Shown here: piece after piece, positions 1-10,058 of the stretch
Position numbering within the stretch: the first letter of the stretch is position 1
Layout of the letters: every line of letters begins with the position of its first letter
From: Deltaproteobacteria bacterium
GTDB lineage: Bacteria; Desulfobacterota; Deferrimicrobia; J040
Reading direction: 5' to 3'
NCBI GenBank assembly: GCA_011773515.1
Contig: WVXK01000062.1
Span: 164,928 to 228,927, forward strand
Length of the DNA: 64,000 nucleotides
Made by a program: the position numbers and the translations under genes
The notes under the pieces: model-generated
The model's database searches: none
What the model saw: only the letters and a program-made list of their open reading frames with translations
What the model was told of the DNA's origin: nothing

Positions 1-2
1 AG

Positions 3-1355
3 ATGGGTTTAAGACTTTTTCTCCTTCTCATAATCGTGATGGCTATCGCTTTCACCCACGTATCAATTCTCAACTCCGACATTGTTCGTTTCCATCTCAC
101 TCCAGGGAGGACCGTTGAAATAGCCCTTGCCGAACTCACGTTGATCGCCTTCGCACTGGGAGCAGGGATAGTTCTCCTCGGGACTTTCGTCAAAGACGCG
201 ATGACATCCACGAAAATGTGGAGAGAAAAAAGGCTGCTGGCAAAAAAGGAAAGTGCGACCAAGAAGCTGAGTAAAGCATGGAACCTTCTCTACCAGGGCA
301 AGACGAGCGCTGCACTCGAGACGGTTGACAGCATCCTTGCCGTTATTCCCGAAAGCCGCTCTGCAATTCTTCTCAAAGCGATGATCTACAGAGAGCTCGG
401 AGACTACATAGAAGAGGTCAAAGCCCTAACGGAGATCAAAACCAACGATCCATCAAACGTAGATGCGTATTTCATGCTGGCTGAAGCCCTGGAGCGCAGC
501 GGTGACACAGACAGCGCAATAGAAGTCCTGACTCCCTTGAAGAAGCAGGAAGACTACAGGAAGATCATCGAGAAGCTAAGGGACCTTTATATCAAAAAGG
601 GCGATTACGAAAAAGCCCATGAACTTCAGAGGGCCATCATCAAGAAAAAGGGGGACGTAAAGAGCGAGGACAGAGATATCTCGGACGGTCTAAAATTCGA
701 ACTTGCGCGGTATGCTTTCGAAACGGGAAACATAGACGAGGCTGAAAAGAAACTCAAGGACCTCTTGAAAGAGAGTCCAACGTTCACTCCTTCCTACATT
801 CTTCTCCAAGACCTTTACCTGGAGAAAACTCAGGCGAACGCAGCGATGGACCTGCTCATATCGGGATACAGAAAAACAAAAAACCCCATCAACCTCATAA
901 AGCTGGAAGACATTGCCATCGAGCAAGAGATGCCGGGAAGGTTGCTCGAGATATACTCCAACGTGAAATCGGAGTTCGAAAACGATTTCACACTTATTCT
1001 TTTCTACGGGAAGTTTCTCCTCAGGCTCGAGATGGTAGACGAGGCGATGGAACAGTTCTTGAAAGCGCAAAACATCGAACCAGACAATGCTTCGATTCAC
1101 ATCTTCCTTGCCGAAACCTACCGGAGGAGGAACAGGTTCGAGGATGCTGTTAATGAATACAACAAAGCCTTCGCATACAAGCGGCGTTACCTCGTGCCAT
1201 TTGCATGCGATGGATGCGGCGACACGATCATCCGGTGGAAAAGTTACTGCTCCGCCTGCCAGAAATGGGATATTTTCAGAATCGATTACGGAGATACGAA
1301 AAAAATCGAAGAAATCAGGGAAGAGGCTATGCAGAAAGTTCCCCTGCCTGATTGA
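3..1355 (+). CDS. lapB: LapA-LapB fusion-like LPS assembly regulator (membrane N-terminus, TPR repeats, C-terminal rubredoxin-like metal site)
   Basis: Two N-terminal hydrophobic helices resembling LapA, many TPR-like helices, C-terminal CDGC...WKSYCSACQKWD matching the LapB CxxC..CxxC motif. Confidence 0.75.
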   Translation: MGLRLFLLLIIVMAIAFTHVSILNSDIVRFHLTPGRTVEIALAELTLIAFALGAGIVLLGTFVKDAMTSTKMWREKRLLAKKESATKKLSKAWNLLYQGKTSAALETVDSILAVIPESRSAILLKAMIYRELGDYIEEVKALTEIKTNDPSNVDAYFMLAEALERSGDTDSAIEVLTPLKKQEDYRKIIEKLRDLYIKKGDYEKAHELQRAIIKKKGDVKSEDRDISDGLKFELARYAFETGNIDEAEKKLKDLLKESPTFTPSYILLQDLYLEKTQANAAMDLLISGYRKTKNPINLIKLEDIAIEQEMPGRLLEIYSNVKSEFENDFTLILFYGKFLLRLEMVDEAMEQFLKAQNIEPDNASIHIFLAETYRRRNRFEDAVNEYNKAFAYKRRYLVPFACDGCGDTIIRWKSYCSACQKWDIFRIDYGDTKKIEEIREEAMQKVPLPD

Positions 1356-1971
1356 CCTGCCAAGGGGGACAGAATGCGCTATCTGCTCACGGCTGATTCA
1401 TTTTTCCCCCGTTCGGCAGGGGATTTTCTGCTCTGAGTGCAGGGTTTCCCCTCCCCTTTTCACCTCTCTTTTTTCCCTTTCACATTACACGCCGAGGGCG
1501 AGAAGAATCATTCACCGGATGAAATATGGCAGGGATTCAAGGATTGCAAGGTGCATTGGCGCACAACTCGCAATTTACGTGACCCATGCAGCACCATTTA
1601 TCTTCGAGAAAGCCTACATTATCGTCCCGGTCCCCCTCTCCCTGGGGAAACTCTTTACGAGGGGATTCAACCAGAGCGAACTCATGGGGAAAGCCCTTTC
1701 CCGCTTAACGGGCATTCCTCTTGCTGCCTCGGCACTCCGGAGGGTGGCTGATTTTTCCTCCCTGGCCGGAAAGAGTGCAAAGGAGAGGAAGCTCCTTACC
1801 CGGGAGGCATTTCGAATTAATTCGTTGAACAGGCGTGCCCATGAAAATATAATTCTCCTTGATGATGTTGCCACAACCCTTGAAACGTTAAACGCCTGCA
1901 CGAGGGAGATCAAGTCTGCCTGGGGAAGCGGCGTTACCGTTTACGGGCTCACAGCATCAAGGAGCTTTTGA
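1348..1971 (+). CDS. comF: ComF family phosphoribosyltransferase-like protein with Zn-ribbon
   Basis: CAIC/CSEC, HRMKYG, IVPVPL, RGFNQS and LLDDVATT motifs. The ORF-track start at 1087 overlaps lapB, so the true start (near 1348) is uncertain. Confidence 0.8.
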   Translation: MIDLPRGTECAICSRLIHFSPVRQGIFCSECRVSPPLFTSLFSLSHYTPRARRIIHRMKYGRDSRIARCIGAQLAIYVTHAAPFIFEKAYIIVPVPLSLGKLFTRGFNQSELMGKALSRLTGIPLAASALRRVADFSSLAGKSAKERKLLTREAFRINSLNRRAHENIILLDDVATTLETLNACTREIKSAWGSGVTVYGLTASRSF

Positions 1972-2753
1972 TGGGAAAAAAGATCACCATATCGCTGCTG
2001 CAGATGAGAATTTTTCCGGGGAAAGTCGAAAAGAACGTGGAAAAAGCCCTGGCTCTCATCAACAGAGCAGCTGGTGAGGGGACAGATATCGCCATCCTTC
2101 CCGAGATGTTCTCTTCCGGCTTTTACTATCGAAACATGGGGGGAGTGGCCGAAAAATCCCCGGAAGTGATTCTCACGATTCAGAAGCTGTGTAAGGAAAA
2201 CAAGATCTCGGCCCTTTTCTCTGTCCCGAAAAAAGAGGGAAGCTCCATCTACAACACGGCATATCTCATAGGCAGAGACGGGATAACGAAGGGCACATAC
2301 AGAAAGGTGCATCTTTTCGGGCTCTTCATGGAGGACAGGTATTTCTCAAGAGGGGACGAATCTGCAGTCATGTCGATCCCGTCACTGAAAATCGGGCCGC
2401 TTATCTGCTACGACCTCAGGTTTCCCGAAATCTCGAGAAAAATGGCTATCGAGGGAGCGGAAATGCTGGTCTACTGCTCTCAGTGGCCAAAAGAGCGCCT
2501 GAGCCACTGGCAAGCACTGCTTCGCGCAAGGGCTATCGAAAACCAGCTCTTCGTCGCCGCAACCAACGGTTGCGGCAGATCGGGCAAGATTCAACTCGCC
2601 GGACACTCCATGATTGTCTCGCCATACGGAGATACGGTGATAGAAGGCGGGGAGGATGAAGGCTGTTTCACCATCGCAATCGACAAGGAAGAGATCACCC
2701 GGTTTCGGAGAATGATGCCATGCCTGAAAGACAGACATCCGGGAGCATACTGA
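1971..2753 (+). CDS. Carbon-nitrogen hydrolase (nitrilase superfamily, omega-amidase-like)
   Basis: Catalytic triad motifs LPEM, YRKVHLF, ICYDLRFPE, plus RARAIENQ. Confidence 0.9.
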   Translation: MGKKITISLLQMRIFPGKVEKNVEKALALINRAAGEGTDIAILPEMFSSGFYYRNMGGVAEKSPEVILTIQKLCKENKISALFSVPKKEGSSIYNTAYLIGRDGITKGTYRKVHLFGLFMEDRYFSRGDESAVMSIPSLKIGPLICYDLRFPEISRKMAIEGAEMLVYCSQWPKERLSHWQALLRARAIENQLFVAATNGCGRSGKIQLAGHSMIVSPYGDTVIEGGEDEGCFTIAIDKEEITRFRRMMPCLKDRHPGAY

Positions 2754-2761
2754 ATCCGCGG

Positions 2762-3238
2762 ATGAAAGTAATTACGGGGGATCAAGCGGGTGAGTTATCC
2801 CGTACGTTGAAGCGTGAGGGGAAAAAAACGGTTTTTACAAACGGCTGCTTCGACCTGATCCATGCGGGCCATGCAACCTACCTTCTCTCGGCACGCCAGC
2901 TTGGAGATTTCCTCTTCGTGGGGGTAAATAGCGACAGCTCGGTGAAAAGAATCAAGGGAGAGAAGAGACCGGTTGTGCCGGAAAACGAAAGGATCCTCCT
3001 TCTGGCATCTTTTGTCTTCGTAGACAGGGTAATACTCTTTGACGAAGATACTCCCTACGAGCTCATCAAGGCCATCCGACCAGATATTCTGGTCAAGGGA
3101 GAGGACTGGAAAGTAGAGGAGATCGTGGGAAGGGACCTGGTCGTATCCTCCGGCGGCGAGGTAAAAACCGTTCCCCTGGTAGAAGGACTTTCCTCAACAA
3201 AGATAATTGAAAAGATCATCAAGAACCATTCTTCCTGA
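2762..3238 (+). CDS. rfaE2: D-glycero-beta-D-manno-heptose 1-phosphate adenylyltransferase
   Basis: FTNGCFDLIHAGH, GVNSDSSVKRIKGEKRP, LVKGED, SSTKII. Confidence 0.92.
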   Translation: MKVITGDQAGELSRTLKREGKKTVFTNGCFDLIHAGHATYLLSARQLGDFLFVGVNSDSSVKRIKGEKRPVVPENERILLLASFVFVDRVILFDEDTPYELIKAIRPDILVKGEDWKVEEIVGRDLVVSSGGEVKTVPLVEGLSSTKIIEKIIKNHSS

Positions 3239-3289
3239 GGGGCCCCTGATACTTCCATCTTAACCTTACCTCGGGGAAGCTCGGCTGCA

Positions 3290-4462
3290 TCAATGTCTTT
3301 TACATATCTCCCGTATGGCTTTCACCGCCTTCTCCGCTTCCTCGAGAGTATTCAGCGCGCTGAAGCTGATCCTGGCTCCTCCCTCGGGAAACGTTCCGAT
3401 GGCCCTGTGCGCAAAAGGAGCGCAGTGCAGGCCTGACCGCACGAGGATCCCATAATCCTCGTCGAGCTGCATGGAAAGCTCACCGGGATCCTTCCCCTCG
3501 ACGTTGAAAAGAAGCACACCCAGTTGTTTTTCGGCTGCCGCGGATCCGTATACCCGGACCCTGTCTATGCCTTTCGCACCCTTCAGGAAAAGGTGGAGAA
3601 GCTCACTTTCGTGGGCCATGATTTTTTTTACACCCCTGTTCCGGACGTACTCTGCCCCTCTCCTCAGTCCAGCCAGACCCACAGAGTTGGGGGTTCCCGC
3701 TTCAAGCCTGTCGGGCAAAAAGTCAGGGTGCCTGTCGTTCTCGGAGCGCGAACCGGTCCCTCCTTCGAACAATGGCCTGACTTCGACGTTTTCGCCTGCG
3801 TAGAGGAAGCCCGTTCCCTGGGGCCCGAACAGCGCCTTGTGACCCGAGGCGGCCAGAAGGTCTATATTCATGGCCTTCACATCGAGCTCAACTGCCCCGG
3901 CCGTCTGGGATGCATCGACGAGAAAGGGCACTTCCCTCTTCCTGCACTCGGCCCCAACCTCCGCAATATCATACACGGTGCCGGTTACATTCGATGCATG
4001 AATCATTGCAACGAGCCTCGTGTTCTTTTTGAAAGACCGTTTGACATCGCGAGGGTCAATATTCCCCCGGGGATCGGCTTCAACATAGGTAATTTCAACA
4101 CCGCGAAGAGCCATGCTGGAAAGAGGCCGCAGAACGGAATTGTGCTCCATAACCGTTGTGATTACATGGTCCCGTTCCCTCAGGAGGCCCTTTATGGCCA
4201 GATTCAGTGCCAGCGTCGCGTTCGAGGTGAAAATAATCCTCTTGCTCTCACTGCACCCTATGAGCTCCGCGATGACTTCCCGGGTCTCGAATATATCTCT
4301 CATGGATTCGAAAGAGAGGGAATGGCCCGAGCGGCCGGGATTCCCCGCACGGAGAAGAGCCTCTGCAACGGCCTCCACCACTTCGGGCGGCTTCGGAAGA
4401 GAGGTTGCCGCGTTATCGAGATAGATTATATCTCTTCCGCGAAAGCTAATCATGGGATACAT
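3290..4462 (-). CDS. Aminotransferase class V, cysteine desulfurase family (TIGR01977-like, often selenium-associated)
   Basis: YLDNAATSLPKP, GNPGRSGH, MEHNSVLRPL, SGHKALFGPQG (PLP Lys), RSGLHCAP (catalytic Cys). Confidence 0.88.
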   Translation of the reverse strand: MYPMISFRGRDIIYLDNAATSLPKPPEVVEAVAEALLRAGNPGRSGHSLSFESMRDIFETREVIAELIGCSESKRIIFTSNATLALNLAIKGLLRERDHVITTVMEHNSVLRPLSSMALRGVEITYVEADPRGNIDPRDVKRSFKKNTRLVAMIHASNVTGTVYDIAEVGAECRKREVPFLVDASQTAGAVELDVKAMNIDLLAASGHKALFGPQGTGFLYAGENVEVRPLFEGGTGSRSENDRHPDFLPDRLEAGTPNSVGLAGLRRGAEYVRNRGVKKIMAHESELLHLFLKGAKGIDRVRVYGSAAAEKQLGVLLFNVEGKDPGELSMQLDEDYGILVRSGLHCAPFAHRAIGTFPEGGARISFSALNTLEEAEKAVKAIREICKRH

Positions 4463-4508
4463 CCTCTTGTTGATTTATTATTTTCAGGATAGATAGAAAT
4501 TATATCAT

Positions 4509-6362
4509 TCAACCCGTGTAACCGACCACGAGTTTCATTCCTGGCCGTATGACCTCGCTTTTCAGGCCGTTCATCTTCTTGAGCTCCGCGATTGAGATAC
4601 CGAAGGCCCTGGCTATTGAATAGAGGGAGTTACCCGATTTGACGGTGTAGACCTTTTTGCCGCTTTTGACCGCATAGGTATAGAGGTTCCTGCTTTTGCC
4701 TTGCGCAATTTCCGCCGGCTTCCCGTAGACCCTTATCGTCAGCTTCTGGCCGGGCCTGATTACATTTCCCTCGAGACCATTCAGCCTCTTCAAGGTCGCG
4801 ATGGGGACCCCGAACCGGCGTGAAATCTCATAGAGACTGTCCCCTCTCTTGACCAGGTAGATTTTCCTGTTGCCCTGCCGGTAGACGTAATAGTACCTCG
4901 CACTCCTCTCGAGATTTGAAACAACGTATTTCAGCGATTTTTGATCCGCCGGTTTCAGCGAAGCGGCAAATTCGTTTTCCGTCTCACCCACGATCGGTAT
5001 TATGAGCCTCTTTCTCCCCCCGATCAGGTTGCTTCTCAGTCCATTGACCTCTTTGATTCTGAAAACATCTGCAGAGTACTTTTTGGCTATCCTACCGATA
5101 TTGTCTTTCGACTTTATCCGGTGAAGCACGAGCTTGACCTTCCCCCTCCTGCTTATCTCCTCCCTGTTTTCCTCCACATGTTTCTTGCTCCCCCCGGGCA
5201 ACCTGATCGTGTAAGAGCTGAAATTAGGCGGGACCACCCCCCGCCTGATCCCGGGATTGAGGAGCGTGACCTCTTCATAATCAACGCCGATGATATCGGC
5301 AAGCGTTCTCAGGTCAATCCCGCCGGGGACCTCGACGGTATCAAACTCGAGAGGTTCATCCATTTCCAGGTTATCGAACCCGTAACTTTCCGGATCCTTT
5401 ACCACGGTCAGGGCCGCGAGCATCTTCGGAACGTAATTTTTTGTCTCCCGGGGAAGATATCTGTATTTAACCAGCTTCCAGTAATCATTGGTTCGATACC
5501 TTCGTATCGCACGGTCGATCTTGCCCTCACCCACATTGTACGCAGCGGCGGCAAGATACCACGACCCGAACATATCGTAGAGGCTCTTCAGGTACCGCGC
5601 TGCGGCCCGGGTGGAACGCTCGAAATCTCTCCTCTCATCGTCCCACCAGTTGATATCGAGACCGTACTTTTTCCCCGTCCAGTACATGAACTGCCAAATC
5701 CCGATTGCGCCGGCGCGTGACACCGCCCTCGGGGAAAAGCCACTCTCTATCATGGCAAGATACACAAAATCTCCCGGCACCCCTTCCGCCCTGAGAATCT
5801 TCCTCATGAGCATGTCATACCTCCCGAACCGCCTATACCACTCGGTGAAATGGGGACGGGCCCGTGTCTGAAAATATCTGATGGCATACTCAACCCTCTT
5901 GTTCAGGTCAACGGGGAGGGGTATGTCCTCTTCCTCCTCATATAAATCCTCTGGGGACTCCGCCACGATCTCCTCATCCATATTGCTCTCGATCTTTCCT
6001 TCTGCGCCGGGAGCATTGTCACCCTCCCGGGTCAGTGCGGGGAAACCGCAGGCACCTTTTTCACCCCGAAACGCAGGTCCGCCCCTTGAGGCTGCGATTC
6101 CGGAGACGAAAGACTCAGGTGGACTCGCGGGGGTGGAAAAAGCGTGCTCAACAGATATGCCGGCTTCCTTGAAAAGGAAAGAGCCCATCCCGCAGTAACT
6201 GGAATGTGCCCACCGGGGATTCAATAAAATGGCGAGGCCAAGGGCCAGGGATGCCGCTATGATCCTCTTTGCAAACGTTGCTCCCACAAACCCCCCGAAG
6301 ACGCTTTTATCATCAAATGCCTGCAACAAGGCGGATATTGCCGGGGAAAACAGGCCCGTCAA
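4509..6362 (-). CDS. mltD: Lytic murein transglycosylase D-like (SLT domain plus three LysM)
   Basis: LAMIESGF, GIWQFM, DERRD, AAYNVGEG, ETKNYVPK; LysM repeats VKRGDSLYEISRRFG and VKSGNSLYSIARAFG. Start uncertain. Confidence 0.88.
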   Translation of the reverse strand: MTGLFSPAISALLQAFDDKSVFGGFVGATFAKRIIAASLALGLAILLNPRWAHSSYCGMGSFLFKEAGISVEHAFSTPASPPESFVSGIAASRGGPAFRGEKGACGFPALTREGDNAPGAEGKIESNMDEEIVAESPEDLYEEEEDIPLPVDLNKRVEYAIRYFQTRARPHFTEWYRRFGRYDMLMRKILRAEGVPGDFVYLAMIESGFSPRAVSRAGAIGIWQFMYWTGKKYGLDINWWDDERRDFERSTRAAARYLKSLYDMFGSWYLAAAAYNVGEGKIDRAIRRYRTNDYWKLVKYRYLPRETKNYVPKMLAALTVVKDPESYGFDNLEMDEPLEFDTVEVPGGIDLRTLADIIGVDYEEVTLLNPGIRRGVVPPNFSSYTIRLPGGSKKHVEENREEISRRGKVKLVLHRIKSKDNIGRIAKKYSADVFRIKEVNGLRSNLIGGRKRLIIPIVGETENEFAASLKPADQKSLKYVVSNLERSARYYYVYRQGNRKIYLVKRGDSLYEISRRFGVPIATLKRLNGLEGNVIRPGQKLTIRVYGKPAEIAQGKSRNLYTYAVKSGKKVYTVKSGNSLYSIARAFGISIAELKKMNGLKSEVIRPGMKLVVGYTG

Positions 6363-6374
6363 GTTTTACTCGAT

Positions 6375-6620
6375 CTATAAATCCTTCTTTTTAAAGCTGT
6401 TATCTTCCCTCACATAATATTCTTTCGGATAATTTCCGGCTTTATTGAGGGCTCTCAATATTTTTTCCCTGTCCCGGTTGTCAAACCTGATCGCCAGGCC
6501 GCAATCTGAAGTCAGGGATCGGGGAACGGGGATGAGCTTCATGGGTATCCCCTCCCCCTTGATTGTCTTTTCTGCCGCCATGACCTGATGTGTACCCTCG
6601 AAGATGAAAACCCCCTCCAT
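6375..6620 (-). CDS. DUF3343 putative Se/S carrier-like protein
   Basis: FEGTHQVMAAEK...IPVPRSLTSDCGLAIRF signature. Confidence 0.8.
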   Translation of the reverse strand: MEGVFIFEGTHQVMAAEKTIKGEGIPMKLIPVPRSLTSDCGLAIRFDNRDREKILRALNKAGNYPKEYYVREDNSFKKKDL

Positions 6621-6690
6621 CAGTCACCTCTTGGAAAAGAAGATAATCCGGTAAAAAAGATCACTACATTGTAGTATAATCTTCCCGAAC

Positions 6691-6963
6691 GTGGCTACCA
6701 ATAAGCCGCCGGGAGAACCGTCTGTGTCGATACTATCAATAGCGCTCATCTCTTGTGCCGTTAATTTACCGCTGGGATACTTGAGAAGCGGCGCACAAAA
6801 GTTTTCCATAGCATGGTTCACATTCATCCATCTATCGATACCGTTGATCCTATACCTGAGGATCAAGAACAAGGTTCATGCGGTTACCATACCGATCTTT
6901 ATCGCCTCGGCTGTGATCGGGCAGCTTTGCGGGGGAAAATTAAGAAAAAAGGAGCACTCCTGA
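6691..6963 (+). CDS. Small hypothetical membrane protein
   Basis: Three short hydrophobic segments (NLPLGYLR, KFSIAWFTFIHLSIP); abuts the next gene. Start uncertain. Confidence 0.65.
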   Translation: MATNKPPGEPSVSILSIALISCAVNLPLGYLRSGAQKFSIAWFTFIHLSIPLILYLRIKNKVHAVTIPIFIASAVIGQLCGGKLRKKEHS

Positions 6964-7260
6964 ATGAAAACGGAAAGGATCGGGGGAACGGTATTTAGCC
7001 TTCTTGACAGCCTCGGATTAAACGATGCAAAAAAATGCGCGATGATTATTTCGGCATGGGAGAACATCGCCGGCGAGAGACTTACAAATCTCGTCAGGCC
7101 CGAATCATTCAGGTACGGAACGCTCCACCTGTCAGTTTCAAATCACAGCTGGGCCCAGGAGCTCCAGCTGTTAAAGCCCCAGTTCCTGGAAAAGGTAAAC
7201 GGGGTCCTGGGCAAGGATGCGGTGAAGGATATCAGGTTCAGGGTGCGGGGAGAACGGTAG
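6964..7260 (+). CDS. dciA: DUF721 / DciA family protein
   Basis: WENIAGE, GTLHLSVSNHSWAQELQLLK, VKDIRF pattern. Confidence 0.8.
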   Translation: MKTERIGGTVFSLLDSLGLNDAKKCAMIISAWENIAGERLTNLVRPESFRYGTLHLSVSNHSWAQELQLLKPQFLEKVNGVLGKDAVKDIRFRVRGER

Positions 7261-7344
7261 GTTTCTGCGAAGAAGAGACAGTTTTCATTCCCCTTGAGAA
7301 CGCTGACGCCTGCTGTGAAGGCAACTCCTGGCAAACAAAAAAAG

Positions 7345-8094
7345 TCACTTCCTGATCATTCCCCCGAAAATAGAAACGATCTCCGAAGAATAGACGTTTC
7401 GTTTGTCGTAGATAAGGAGGGGTGGCAGGAAGACTGTTTCCCTCTGGCCGCCTACAGCACCCTTGATGAGGGCCAGCTCGGCTTCCTTCCCCCTGAACGA
7501 GTGAACCAGGCGTACCTTCTCCACCTTTAGCCCCCCCCGATTCAGCTGGTCCACCACATCGAAAAGCCTTCTTGCCGGATATACGAGAAAAAATTTTCCC
7601 TTCTTCCTCAGCGCCGTGGAAATGGCAACTGAGAGGTCCTCCGGGTTGAGGGTATACTCGTGCCGGGCGATTCTCTTCTCCTCATCAGGGTTGACCCTTC
7701 CCGCCTTTACCTTTCTGAAAGGGGGATTGGATACAACCGTATCGAATCTTTTGCCACAACCTTTCACGAACTCCCTCACATCGGCATTGATCACCTCGAT
7801 CACGTTTTCAAGGGAGTTGCTCCTCACGTTTCTTCCCGCCACCTCGGCCAGAGCCTTCTGGATCTCCACGGCGATCATCCTTCCGATATCCGGCCGTTGG
7901 CGTGCAATGAGCATGGACAGAACGGCCGCGCCGGCTCCCACGTCGAGGACATCCCCGGCCAGGCCCCCGTCTATTGCAAAGCGGGCGAGAAGGATCGAAT
8001 CGAGGGAAAAACGGTATCCTTTTTTGCGCTGGAAGACTTTGAGATTCGCAAAGCCGATAACGTCTTCGGTGATTTCATCTTTTTCCTTGACCAT
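7345..8094 (-). CDS. tRNA1(Val) A37 N6-methyltransferase family (YfiC/TrmN6)
   Basis: QRKKGYRFSLDSILLA, LDVGAG, VEIQ, VSNPPF, IARHE. Confidence 0.85.
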   Translation of the reverse strand: MVKEKDEITEDVIGFANLKVFQRKKGYRFSLDSILLARFAIDGGLAGDVLDVGAGAAVLSMLIARQRPDIGRMIAVEIQKALAEVAGRNVRSNSLENVIEVINADVREFVKGCGKRFDTVVSNPPFRKVKAGRVNPDEEKRIARHEYTLNPEDLSVAISTALRKKGKFFLVYPARRLFDVVDQLNRGGLKVEKVRLVHSFRGKEAELALIKGAVGGQRETVFLPPLLIYDKRNVYSSEIVSIFGGMIRK

Positions 8095-8101
8095 GAAATT
8101 T

Positions 8102-9421
8102 CTATCCCACACGGTCATTTTCACTGACGGGGGACATAACGAGTCCCGTGAGGATCTTCGGGTAGAAATAGGTCGATTTCTGAGGCAGGATAACGCCGCT
8201 TTCAGAAACCTCGATAAACTGTTCCATCCTTATGGGGTTCAGGTAGAACAAGAGCTGGATAACCCCCCCTTTGAGGTCGCTCAACCCCCTCTTCAGGTCC
8301 TTGTAGAACCTTACCTTCTCTCCCGAAGATATCTCCTGCGGCGAGATGCCCAGCACCCTTTCCAAAATCAGTCCGTGAAGGAGGGAAACGTCGAGGTTCC
8401 TGACGGCGGGTGGCAGGGAGGGAAACCAGCCCGCATCCAGATCGTTTATGTCGTCGATCTTCAACAGGGAGCAATTCCCCGTTTTATCAACCATACCGAA
8501 GATGCGCTCCTCGGGCGTTGCAGAAGATACCTTTTCAACCATCTCATCGACTCCCCCGGAAAGATTCAAGAGCTTAAAGGGAACATCAGCCTGCCTGGTG
8601 AGCGTCTCAATTTTATCCCGGTCAAGCCCGTATACTCCCCTGTGGGTCGGCAGGATCACGAGGCCTCCATCCCCGGTTGCCGAGAGGAAGACGAGAACAT
8701 AGTTCCAGGCCGAAGAAGGATCGGCGTGGGCCCTTTCCCGCATCCAGTTCCTGTATTCAAGGGCCGTCTCATACCGGTGGTGGCCATCGGCAATGAATAC
8801 CCTCCTCCCCGAAAGGAGACTTTCCACTTCCCCTATCACCTTCTCGTCCGTTACCACCCACATGCGGTGACAGACACCGACATCGTCCAAAACTGACACG
8901 TCAGGCGCAGACGCCTGAATCGCCTGAAGAAAGAGGGAGGCGGCATGGTTTTCATCGTCATCGTATATCGCGAATATCGGGCTGGTCGCCGTGGCTGTGT
9001 GCTTCATGAGATTCAGCCGGTCCAACTTGGGGGTCAGAAGCGTCCTCTCATGGGGGAATACGCTTCCCTCTCCGAACTTTTCAAGCAACATCCCGCAGAT
9101 GAACCCTGTCCGCACCAGCCTTCCCATACCCTCCAGCTCGAACTCCTGCTCGTAATAGTAAAACGCGGGCTTTTCATCCCTGACCAGCACCTGCTCTGCA
9201 ACAGAGGCCTCGAGCATCTCATTTGCCCGCCTGTATTTCTCGTCCCTCTCCCCAACTCCGTCCAGTCCGTAGTCGATCCAGACGATATTATTCGGGTGTC
9301 TCGCATGAAGCTTTATCTGATCCTCTTTCGATATCACATCGTAGGGGGGAGCGACGACGAGGCCCTTGTCTTCGATCTGCTCTCCATAGCGCAATCCGCG
9401 TATCGGTCTTACCTTAGCCAT
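8102..9421 (-). CDS. DUF1015 family protein
   Basis: APPYDVIS, PHERT, IADGHHRYETA, PTHR, PQKSTYFYPK. Confidence 0.88.
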   Translation of the reverse strand: MAKVRPIRGLRYGEQIEDKGLVVAPPYDVISKEDQIKLHARHPNNIVWIDYGLDGVGERDEKYRRANEMLEASVAEQVLVRDEKPAFYYYEQEFELEGMGRLVRTGFICGMLLEKFGEGSVFPHERTLLTPKLDRLNLMKHTATATSPIFAIYDDDENHAASLFLQAIQASAPDVSVLDDVGVCHRMWVVTDEKVIGEVESLLSGRRVFIADGHHRYETALEYRNWMRERAHADPSSAWNYVLVFLSATGDGGLVILPTHRGVYGLDRDKIETLTRQADVPFKLLNLSGGVDEMVEKVSSATPEERIFGMVDKTGNCSLLKIDDINDLDAGWFPSLPPAVRNLDVSLLHGLILERVLGISPQEISSGEKVRFYKDLKRGLSDLKGGVIQLLFYLNPIRMEQFIEVSESGVILPQKSTYFYPKILTGLVMSPVSENDRVG

Positions 9422-10058
9422 TGTCAAACTCCTCTGCGATTTTTAAAATCTCATTTGCTTTGACGTCGCCTTCCCGCAGGATCCTCAGAACGTTGCCATC
9501 GACCCGCACAACTGTCGAACCGGCAGATGGAGGAAGGTCTTTTCCATCGATAAACAGGACCTCGTCTCCTTCGAAATCCCCCATCACCTGACCGGTGGTC
9601 AGGGGGACCGCCCCTCTCGATTTGTTCGCCGATGTCCCCGTTGTGACCCCGCCGCACATGCCGGCAAGTGAGAGGGAAACCGCTGAATCGGGAAGCCTGA
9701 CCCCCACCGTTCCGTCCTCTGATCCCACGATGAGGGCAACGTGTCGACGGGCGCGTGTCACGATGGTCAACTTCCCCGGCCAGAAGACTTCCGACAGCTT
9801 TTTCCCGAGAGGGGACAGAGGGGCACAGATATCTTCGATCCCGACTGCACTGTCGATAAACAGAGGGACGGGCCTTCCACTTTCCCTCCCCTTCAGTCTC
9901 ATAAGGTTTTCGACGGCACCGGCCACCCTGATGTCCACACCCATACCGTAGAGGGTATCTGTCGGGTAAATTACCACCCCCCCTTGACGCAGATACCCCT
10001 CCACATCGTCTCTGACCCTATTTGAACTGAGAAATTCCTCGATTTTTACCCGCTTCAT
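9414..10058 (-). CDS. tsaC: L-threonylcarbamoyladenylate synthase (TsaC/Sua5)
   Basis: YPTDTLYG, LKGR, WPGKLT, GVRLP, TSAN, GSTVV. Confidence 0.88.
   Translation of the reverse strand: MKRVKIEEFLSSNRVRDDVEGYLRQGGVVIYPTDTLYGMGVDIRVAGAVENLMRLKGRESGRPVPLFIDSAVGIEDICAPLSPLGKKLSEVFWPGKLTIVTRARRHVALIVGSEDGTVGVRLPDSAVSLSLAGMCGGVTTGTSANKSRGAVPLTTGQVMGDFEGDEVLFIDGKDLPPSAGSTVVRVDGNVLRILREGDVKANEILKIAEEFDNG

Noticed and set aside
1087..1347. N-terminal extension of the comF ORF
   Set aside because: Lies inside lapB in another frame; ComF similarity begins only near the lapB stop.
7616..8896. Long opposite-strand ORFs (also 3524-4492, 18184-19422, 28566-29642, 33923-35083, 40071-41252)
   Set aside because: Antisense shadows of well-supported genes with no recognisable motifs; expected in GC-rich coding DNA.
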